The notes under the pieces were generated by a model that was not told where the DNA came from, did no database searches, and was given only the letters and a program-made list of their open reading frames with translations. The translations under genes were made by a program, and so were the position numbers. A stretch of DNA of 50,345 bases from Chromera velia (lineage: Eukaryota). Every line of letters begins with the position of its first letter. The stretch's first letter is position 1. This document shows positions 1 through 9,808 of this stretch, in pieces. Location of the stretch: NCBI GenBank assembly GCA_018398765.1, contig JAHBMJ010000331.1, forward strand, positions 1 to 50,345, in the 5' to 3' direction.

Positions 1-1
1 G

Positions 2-620
2 ATAGGGACTAAACAGAGAGGTCTAGAGATCGACCATAAAGACTGGGACAAGGAGTGGAATTCTTCCAATATGTCTACTTCTTTTACCAACCCGATTGAA
101 CCAAAAGTTTTCTATATATCCCCTCCCCCCTTCCCTCCTGTCATTCCCCCACCTTAATTACTAGCTCCTCGGCGTTGCCTCGTTAGCTGAGAGGTAGGGT
201 CTCTTTAGCCACGGTGCCCAGGACATATTAAGAGGTGAGATCTATCCTTCCTCCCCCCTCTCTCGTTTGTGGCTCTCCCTTACGCGGAGGTCTAGTATAC
301 AAATTTGTGGAAACTGTCGGCTTCACTCTCAATGCCATCCTCTTCCTTGCCCATTTCCAAAAACGTTTCTCCCGACTGGGTACGGAGTTGGACAGCAAAC
401 AGCTCGTCCACTCCTGTTCAGCTCCGACACCGAAGAAGAAGGCAAACGAGAAGCGTTCTCTCCTGCTCAGCCCTAATATGAGAGGGAAGACGGGCCACAT
501 GTTGGCCTGCGAGGTGATGCCTCTCTCCTCAATCCCAACCCTTTCAACACATTTTTCTCTTCTCTTCACACTGAACGAGACAGAACGAAATCTTGCCACT
601 GTAACAGCTTGTCAGTAATC
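2..620 (+). pseudogene. Degenerate coding remnant, possibly HNH-endonuclease-like, running off the window start
   Basis: The frame from nt 2 reads IGTKQRGLEIDHKDWDKEWNSSN, resembling the HNH motif (L/V)EIDH-x-D-x-D-K-x-NN-x2-NL. In-frame TAG/TAA stops follow, then the ORF 235-618 in the same frame. Only a short motif supports this. Confidence 0.25.
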
Positions 621-1753
621 CATCTCGTCCATAAGTCCAAAAGGGACCGGACCTCCTCCTTTGGTTCATGAAGGAGGAAGAAAGGTCAGCATAGGTCAGC
701 CTCTGCCTTCTACCCATCTCTCCTCCCCTCCCTTCTCATCCCTTCCTCCATTCCCTCTTCATCCAGACTGAGCGAGACCTATACCAGATTCACCCATACT
801 TTGCCCACTTTCGCACTGCCTTCCGGGGCCGCCCATACATGCATTTCTCTACCATCTTTTTTCTGGCTGGAGAGATCGTGCAAAGTCGAGGTAGGGGGAG
901 ATCTTGGGTCACAGCTCAAGTGACCAAATGGGGGTTTCCAAAGTTGCTGATTACATCTTTGAGGTCGGGGGGGTCTATAGAACAGCCTTTTCTATCAAAT
1001 TTTTATTGGAGTGATAAGAACTGAAAGATTTGCCCATCCGTCTCCGTGCATGCCCCTCTGTCCATATGTGTTGCTTTTTTTTTTCTGCAGGGCACCCACC
1101 AGACCGTCCACCCGGGAGGCTGACGACTCTTTTCTCTCTCTAGGTTAGATTGAGGAATCCTAAGCTGTGACTGAGGCAGTGCACGCTTCTTGTAGGCTGC
1201 AATGCATGAGTGCCCCCTCACTTTTGGGCAGGCTCTTTACATGAATTTATCTAGAGTTTTTTCAAACTTGGTATGTTTAGGTGGAGGACCCGAAACCTCG
1301 GTGGGCAAAGTATGGTGAAATATACGGTAGGAGCGAGACAGAACTGAACCGCATCAAAGCAACAGCTCCACGTGATGCCCTAGAGCACTGCTAGCAGCAC
1401 TAGGAGCACTGTCGCCGTTTTGTTTTATAGAGGTCGCCCCTGCAAACAGCAGGGCCCCAGGGGGGTGTACTTCATCGCTAAGGCTCAGACTACACCCCAT
1501 GGCCCGCCTAGTTTCCCAGGCCGCTAACAAACAACAATCTGTTCGCGCTTTGCATGCTGTGCATGGTCTATGGGCTGCTCAGAAGGGACTGCTCCAAAAA
1601 TCGATCCAATGACACAGGACGAAAGGACACTGCTGTATTAATAGCCAATGACATGGCCCTTGTCTTCACCGTTGCCCGTGTTCCCCTCGATCGCTCTCCT
1701 GATGCATGCTGACGCTGCTCTAAGCGCATTCTAAGCGCTATCTAAATCGCCAA

Positions 1754-1850
1754 TGCATGTAAAAAAGCCTCATGCATCATGCATGAGTCGTGCATCATTG
1801 CAACATGCATGCGTACGTAATTCAACATGCAGTCGTGCATGCATGTGCAA
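1754..1850. promoter_or_regulatory. Cluster of TGCATG/TGCATGCA motifs upstream of the MYND gene
   Basis: Dense (t)gcatg(ca) copies, e.g. tgcatgcatg near 1836-1845. TGCATGCA is the known over-represented motif of apicomplexans and their relatives, associated with ApiAP2 factors. Confidence 0.4.
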
Positions 1851-2227
1851 CACCCTCCGTCTATACTATATCGATATATATAGAAGAGAACATCGATCGC
1901 GCGTTTATGCCTGAGATTGTCTGCATGAGCACCGGCCGGCCGCCCTAATTAGCCCCAATGCATCATTCAAAGCGCAACCTGGAAGTGCAATGGAATGCAG
2001 GGGACGTTTGGATCGGATGAAAGGCACTTGACAACGTGAGCTTCACCGTCAGAAAGATCTGTCCATGCACTCCAGGAAAGAACGATCTCTTCAAAAAACG
2101 AAGGTCTCCACACCGTCCATGACCGTCGCAGTTTCCCAAAGACACGCATATATATAGGGCAACACTTGCATAACAAGCATTGTGCTGAACTTTTCTTTCC
2201 GCCTTTCAGTTCTCTTGCGCTTCCAAG

Positions 2228-4243
2228 ATGGCAGAGTCTTCTTCTTTGAATTCCCTTTCCGCTTTCCTTCGAGGGATCCAGACGCTTCAACCATGGCACT
2301 TCAACGAAAATCTGGCTGAGGCAAAGCACGCTCACTTGAACACCTTCCAGACAGCCATGGAGAATGTGGTGCCCCCCTTCCGCCCTTGGGTCGCTGACAT
2401 CCGAGCCCAAATCGTCAAATTCCTTTCCTTGAAGCATTGCGTCATCCATTCACTCAGTGAGATTCTTCAAGACCCTCGCAGCAGAACGGGAATGAGGAAC
2501 GTGTCCATGGGACTTATGGAGACTACGGTGACCCTCGGAAACGAAGCAGAAGCCATCGGTGAGGCAATGCAGACCAGATGCCGAGACTGCGTCCTCATGC
2601 AGTGCTCTGCGGTCCCAGGGCTCTTCTCGTCAGCCCTTGAGCTCTTTGCGTCCTTTTCCCGCTTTTCCAACGGTGTAGAGGACGCAAGCCTCTTGTGGGT
2701 GCTCACCTCTCTGTGTTGCATGGGTGCGCTTCTGCTTTCTGCCTTCTTGATTCAACACTCCCGTCTCCGAAAGCTCATTTGGAGAAGCGAAGTGTTCGTT
2801 GGAGGACTAAAGGTTGCCCTCGAAAAAGCCCTCTCCCACCGTTTGGTTGTCTCGAAGCACACCAGCTGCTTGATACAGCTCCTTTCCTCCTTTCTCCCCT
2901 CGGAACAACGAAAAGTCCGTCGCAAAACAGCAAAGACTCTCAACAAGTTCACCCTCCCTGAAGAGATTACTCGCGTAAAAAACAGAGACAATTCTCCCAT
3001 TGATTTCTCTTCCATCATTCGAGCCTTTTACCGTCACAACGAGTGCGAGCATGCCGGCTCCTCCCTCCCTCCCCTCCTTGACCTTTTGACTTACTTCGCT
3101 GTCCCCGCAGAGCTTGAAAAGGCAAAACGGGCGGTGTTTCTCTCCAAACAAGCCGCTGCAGACGCCCTCGAACTCTTCAACAATGCCCTTGACAAACTCA
3201 GCAGCGATACCAACGCCTCTATCCTAGTCTGCGGTTTTCCCGATCACATGAATGACTTTTCCTTTGAGCTCTTGCACGCAGGCCGTCAAAAGAAAGATCG
3301 GCGGGTGTACAGGGGTATCCTGCGTGTAGAGACCCTGCAGCTGTGTATCGTCAACCCAAAGGTAGAAAAGATAGTCATGAAGAGAAAGGACGAGTATCTC
3401 ACAAAGCTTCATGCACTTGCTGAGGTGTTTCTCCCAGACCCCCCCCCTCCCTTCCTAGACCTTCTGGTCGCACGGCTCGAGTGTATCGTCCCAAAATCGC
3501 GAGCCCCCCCGCGTCCCCCCACAGCAGCACAGCGGAGATGGGAGAAACGTTTCCCTGGTGCCGCTTTGAGACGTCTGCGTCTGTCTTCCCTTCCGTCGGT
3601 CGCTGCAGCTGAGCATGCTGCCGCGATGGGAGAAGAAAATGTCTCTGCGTCCATGCGAACCCTGTTAAGGCGTCGAGAGCAGCACTTTCTGCACATGACG
3701 CGGGAGGAACAGAACGAGAAATATGCACTCGAGTGCGATGCAAAAGAGTGCAACGTAAAGAAACCGAATTTGCAGGTGTGTCCAACGTGCCACCTGACGG
3801 CCTACTGTTGCAGGGCGTGCCAACTCAACGATTGGACCCATGGGGGGGGAGAGGAATAAGGCCCCGGCAAGGGCCCGGGGGGTGTGTCAGAGTCCAACAA
3901 AAAAGAAGTCTCTGATTCTTCTGATTCTGATTCTTATTGTATGAACTCAAGAAAAGCGAAAGATAGGGTTCCAAGAGGGAAGAAGAGGGAAGGTTGCGAG
4001 AACAAAAGAAGGGAAAGGAATTGCGGAGCAGGGAAAACGAATCAGGAGGTCCTAGAGAGAAAAGGCCACAGAAAGTGGTGTGCAAGCTTGAAAGCTTGTA
4101 TTCTTGATCCCCTCACTTCTCTGACATGGGATCAAATCCTCACTCCCAGCATGAAACTGGTAGAAGCTGAGGCAGCATTGCAGGTTGAGAACTTGCAGCA
4201 GTACAGGAAAACTGAAGCACATCTGGATCTAGATCTGGATTGA
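2228..4243 (+). CDS. Intronless MYND-type zinc-finger protein; ORF 2228-3859 plus in-frame tail to 4243, interrupted inside the finger (possible pseudogene)
   Basis: The 543-aa ORF ends CDAKEC-x9-CPTC-x4-YCCRACQLNDW, which fits the MYND consensus. The missing last His/Cys pair (GHRKWC) lies in the same frame at about 4064-4081, after an insertion containing TAA 3857-3859. Confidence 0.7.
3836..4057. mobile_element. ~220 bp insertion splitting the MYND finger (TE fragment or non-canonical intron)
   Basis: Removing 3836-4057 restores ...CQLNDW|RKGHRKWC. There is no GT donor at the left junction. The insert starts with GC-rich palindromic cccatggg...ggccccggcaagggcccgggg. Confidence 0.45.
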
Positions 4244-4889
4244 CAACCAGATAACTTAAGACATTAGTTATATTTGCTTCATGACGTGGTATGACGTGGT
4301 AATTGATCATTCAGTTTAATGCTAGAGACAGATGCTTCCACAATTAAAGTTGTGACACAAACTGAAACAAAACGTAGAAAATACGTTTAAGTAAAACAAA
4401 AGTTTATGCATGCAGTTAAACAATTATTAAGCAATTCCTAGTTTAATAGAATTAAATTGATTTGATTCATTGATTAACTTGAATTAATTGATCGATTCAT
4501 TGATTGTTTGATTGATTGATTGATTGGTTCTGCGCTAGTAGTAGGCTTTCCCGCTAAGTCAAGAATCAAGATGTTGCCACCGCTAACACGGCCCGGCGCT
4601 GCCTCAGGCCCGCCTGCATGGGATGTTATTTCAAACTATATTTATGAAATTATTTGTCTATAATTTAAGAATTTTTACCTATAAGTTAACATATACACTT
4701 TGACTTTGTTAAATGATACTACTCTCATGATGGTCTCAGGCTAGATCTTCTGTTTTAACTTTTGTTTATATTCTGTAGTATTCTGAGGATTGTATAGCCT
4801 AGTATAGCCTTCACAATTTAAGTTTAGAATACCGAGCAGAATATAAATCAAGTGATAAGTCACGTAACTTTGAATATATGTATCGATCA

Positions 4890-5679
4890 TACCCTATAAA
4901 ATTGGAGGTGTTTTGGTATTTTGGATTCTCCAAAAACTGATTTAGAGCTCCAAAAAAATTTTTTGGAGATACATTGGTATAAAAAAACTGAAAGTCCTAG
5001 GAAGGCCTTAGTTAGCACACCTAACATAGAAAATGATGGAGAACACATTTGTAGTACTTATATGATCTAAAACTTTATAGTTGGGTCACCGAAATGCTTT
5101 TAGATTATTTTGGATATTGGGGACCTCCAATTTTTTTTTTAGATTTTCCAAAAAAATCGTTTGTAGGTTTTGGAGGTCGAAACTAAGGTCAAAAATCTCC
5201 AAAAAAAAAATTTTGGAGGTGCCTTACTATAAAAAAACTAAAAGTCGTAGGGAGGTCCTAATTAGTGCTCCTAATGTAAAAAATAATTGAAAATACGTTT
5301 CTAGCACTTATATGATCTAAAACTTTACAGTTCAGTCACCAAAATGATTTTGGAGATTGAATTAAGACCTCCAATTTTTTTTTTTTTTAGAATTCTCCAA
5401 AAAAATCATATAGGTTTTGGAGAAATTCTTCAAAAAAAAAAAAATTGGAGGTCCCCAATCTCCAAAAACATTTTAGTGAGCCAACTGTAAAGTTTTAAAT
5501 TATGTAAGTGCTAAAAACGTGTTGTCTACCATTTTTTACGTTAGGAACCTTAACTAGGACCTCCCTAGGACTTCTACTTCTTTCATACCAATTAATGTAT
5601 CTCCAAAAATTTTTTTTTGAGCTCCAAACCACTTTTTGGAGAATCCACAACACCAAAACACCTCTAATTTTATAGGGTA
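4890..5679. mobile_element. Non-autonomous foldback/MITE-like DNA element with ~250 bp terminal inverted repeats and an internal direct copy
   Basis: The left end taccctataaaattggaggtgttttgg matches the reverse complement of the right end (...ccaaaacacctctaattttatagggta), 55/61 identical over the first 61 nt. Similarity continues over about 4890-5140 vs 5430-5679. About 5197-5390 is a direct copy of about 4948-5140. The termini read TA-CCC...GGG-TA (possible TA target duplication). No credible ORF. Confidence 0.8.
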
Positions 5680-8600
5680 GTACTGATTTCATTAATTTTT
5701 ATAGCTAGTTCTAGAGCTAGTTTAATAGGTAGTTTCAGTGTGATAGTCCTATAGCCTAGCCTATAGCAGTAGTCTATGGTAGTCTAGATGGGAGTTATCA
5801 ACAAGCTAACAACTTGAAAATGATTTCGCGTTGCCAATGCAAGTGCTAATGATAGTCTCGATCGCAGATTGTGTTTAACATAATATATTAACTTCAATAT
5901 GAAATAGAAGGCCCTAGCTAGCGTACCTTGGCGCGGAAATCAAACAATCATCATGATATGCAATCAACTAATTGATCGATCATCGATCAATCAATCATCC
6001 AATCAATCAAAACCCTACTTGAAATAAAATCAAATCAAATATGGTCGATCATTAAATACCGGTTTGAAACGGCACTTTTCTGCCGTCCAGGAAAGTGTTG
6101 TTTTTTTTTTTTGCTGTCAAAACTTTATCCTAGACTTTATCATATGAAAAAAACTAAGACGTCTGACACTGGTCTGCGACCGTGCAGGCGAACCTTCGAA
6201 GTCCTTCTCGAAGTCAATCAAATCACTGCCTGGTTTTGCTCTTCAGTGTCTTCACAGACTTTCTTTCGATCGCTTCGCTCTTTTCGACTGCTCTCCCTCG
6301 AAGCCTGAAATCTAAATCCAGAGTGCAGCCGGCAGAAGTATGGACCATCTAGTGGACGATGGACAGTGCGCCAAAAGTGACTCCGGTCAACGCCCTGCGT
6401 GCATCTTTCCGATTCATTCGGCCTTCACTTTAGGCCCGTAAGCACCCACTGTCACACAAAATACCGACAGAGTCAAACCAATCGCAAGCCAGCCCGTCCC
6501 ACCGGCCCACACCATGCATTAATTGTGAAGAATGTAAGAGACTGAAGCCGGGGGGTCGCCCTTGCAAGGAGAGAGAGAGAGGGGTGTCAGAGAAACAAAG
6601 CAAAAAAAGCCGGGATCGAGAGGGAAATGAAAGGGAATGCATCTAGATGGATGGATAGCGACCCCTTTCTTTTCGAGTTGAAAGAAAGAAACAGGAGACC
6701 CACCCCATCAAAGTATGCACGTGGACACGGATTCATCTTCCCGTCGGAAGACAAGCCTTCTCGGGGAAGTAGGCGGCCGCCGGCAGTGCTTTTGATGTTG
6801 CGGGCAGGCAGGCAGGATCGATAGAAGGAAGGAAGGAAGGACGGAGAGACAGACGGAATGGAAACGAATGCGAAAATGGAGTGAGTGAAACGGAGTCTCC
6901 ATGGAATGGAAACAGACACGGCGGAAGAGAATCCTCCTGTCCCTCCCTCCCTCCCAGCGATCTACGAAGCGATCGAGCTTTCTTTTTCTCTTTCCCTGCC
7001 CTTTTCTTGCTTTGACTCATGTGTGCGTGTGTGAGTGCGGGCGCGCGCGTCTCCTGTCAGTGCGATAGACGGAACGAGCTCTTCTTCCTACCCATTCTTT
7101 GCGAACTCGCACCTTGTGCACTAACTTCTCTGCCTCCTCTCCTCTTCTGGTCTGCAGACGGACAGAGAACCCAGAACACACTCGTCTCCTTTCTTTGGCA
7201 GGGCAAAACTCTCTCGTCTCTTTCAGCAGAGACGAACAAACCGACACAGCAGTGGGAAAGGTAAAGACAAACTGAAAGAAGTAGTGCGAACGACTTTCGA
7301 GTACACCAAGAACGTCCTTCTCCAATCTGAGGAGGGTGCCACCCCTGCATGTCTTGTCCATCCATCCAGCCCCCCACCCCCTTCCCCCTTTTGCACACCC
7401 TCTCCCTCGGCAGAAGCGGACAATTAGAAACTGAAGGGGATTCAGGTTCACAGGAGGAGAACCCGAAGAAGATAGAAATAGGGAAAAGAAAGGAATGGAG
7501 AGCCCGGAATGACACTCACAACCCCATCCGCCATCCCAACCACCCCTCATGCATCCCAGGCAATCCAACCAACGAGTTCATGCAGCAAATTAACCGACTC
7601 TACTCACCTCCCCATCCTCTATCTTACACCCTGCCCCCGCGTCTAACTGACGCACGCCTCACATCGGCTTCATGTGCCAACTTTTGCCTTATGAGTTTCT
7701 TTCGACTGAAAAAGAAGATCTGTAAGGCAAAAGACGGACGGCACTCCCTTCCCCTTCCCCCTCTGACATCCATCCAGTCGCCGACTTCGAGGACAAGCTC
7801 AGGAGGGAAAGGGGCATAGAAGAGAAAGGAGAGACACCACAAGAAAGACAGGGGGACAGGAGAGTGAACAAAAAAGGAGAAAAAGAAAGAGCAGAATAAT
7901 CGTTCAAGAGGGAAAGAGGGGGAATACAGCAGCAGAGAAGAAAAAGTCCCCCCAGCCAGTGGGGGGTGAGAAGAATTTGACTCACGAAGGGGACAAGAGT
8001 CTCTTTCTATTTTTTCATTCATTCATTCATTCATAGATGTATGAGAGAGACTGAAACATTCCAGTTGGATACGTTCGTCTACCAAGGAGTTTAGAAGAAG
8101 TTGCAAAAGCACGTAGAAAGGACAAAGGCAGGCAAGCAGGTTCAAGCAATACATGCCGATATGATGAAGAGGCAAGCAGACAGCAACCCCACCCAACCTC
8201 CCAGCGCGAAGGCCCACAGACGATCTATGAACGAAGTGGAGGATGCCCTCCCACGCGGGAGGAGGAGAGAAAGGTTGCAGCACTGCAAGCCCCAACGCCC
8301 ACTCACCAACCAACGAAAAATGAGTCGGAGGACATCAATGCAGTCTGCCGAAACACATACAGAGGGACACATACGTTCAATGTCTTTGTGTCTTCTCGTC
8401 GAATGCCTTCAATTGTTCATTCATTTATTCATTCATTTGACTTATTGAACTTTTTTTCTATTTCGTGACTACCATATTCGTCTGAATTGACGCACTCTTG
8501 GTACTCTTCCGCCATTCCTCTTTCCCACTGCGCGATGTCTGTCTCGCGATGTCGCTCGCTTCCCTCCCTTTCTCAGACCCCGAGGACACAAACGGTCTCT

Positions 8601-9808
8601 CAGGCAGGCTAAGCGAAGAAAACCCGCCCACCCGATTTCCGTTGCGTCCACAAGCCACAAGGTCAAGCCAGGAAGAAAAAGCGAAAACTCGAAACAGACT
8701 GTGCAAGAAAAGAGCAAAGCCGGAAAAAGGTACCCCTCATCGACCGCGCGCCGCTTCTACCCGTGTGTGCATGCAGTTTTTTTTCATTGCAGCACACATT
8801 TCGAATGACCAAGAGCAGAAAGAAGAGAGCGCCTTGTGTGTAGTGTCGGCACAGGTAAAGCGGGTCACGCGAACAAAAAGAAGCGGCGGGCGAGAACAAA
8901 AAACAAAAACATGAACGAAAGAACGACGAGTCGAGCCAGCACGACGACAGCACGGACAGCTGGTGGGACGGAAGGACGGAGCGAAGAAGTGGAGTGGAGA
9001 TGAATGACACGCACGTGCAGTAAAGACGACTGGTTGTCAGGACGAATTGCTCTGGAGAAAAGAGGCAAAGCACATAACAGACAGGCAAAACAGGGACACA
9101 CAGACCGGCACGAGAAAGAAGCCTTGAGAGAGAGCGCCAATAGAGACAGGAGCTTGTGCAAGGAATGAAAGAAAAGATACAACTTGCTGATAACGCGAGG
9201 AAATTTCACACACCACCAGCAAGCCAACATCTCTCTCTCCACCCGTCTCTTTCTCTTTCTCTCTGTCTCTGTCTTGCTTCTGATGCCGAAGTCTTTTCGA
9301 CTCTTCCACCTGTGCCAATCGAAGTGTGTCTGCCTACCTTTTTGTCGGCTGCTTGTGAGAAATAGGAAGGAAAAAGGGAAAGAAAGGGGGGGGACAATCT
9401 TCTTAGGTCCATAAAACATCCGCCTACCCCCCCCCCCCGCCCCCATGCTTGCTTCCTGAATAGAGCTCTCTTTTTTCTCTTCAAACAACTCCCCCGACTC
9501 CCTCACAGGCTGGAGAGAATCAGACAGCGCCGTTCAGCCATCTGCACACGCAAGTCTGGGGAAGAGGACTGGAAGGAGAAGGAGTGAGTGAGGGAGAAAG
9601 GAACAGACAACGGTGGAGATCCGAACAGGAAAATGGCGCAACCCCCCTCAAGTCATTCTGGGATGAAAGCGGAGAATGACAGTCTCTGTCTGTCTGTGTG
9701 CCGATCGATCGATCGTTTGTTTGTTTGTCTGTCTATCCATCTGTCTATCTATTTATCTCTCTGTCTGTCTGTCTGTCTGTGTGCCGATCGATCGTTGTGA
9801 GCGCCCCT

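Noticed and set aside
1462..1512. ggggtgta...tacacccc hairpin followed by CTAG-T, like a Helitron 3' end
   Set aside because: The stem is only 8 bp with a 21-nt loop, no 5' end or Rep/Hel sequence was identified, and CTAG is very frequent here.
4890..5679. Possible CRISPR array or CACTA element
   Set aside because: There are no repeat-spacer units, and CACTA is not present at both termini.
6100..9800. Many overlapping 60-210 aa ORFs on both strands
   Set aside because: Low-complexity, purine/pyrimidine-skewed sequence with no recognisable motifs or consistent exon chain; more likely UTR, intron or intergenic DNA.
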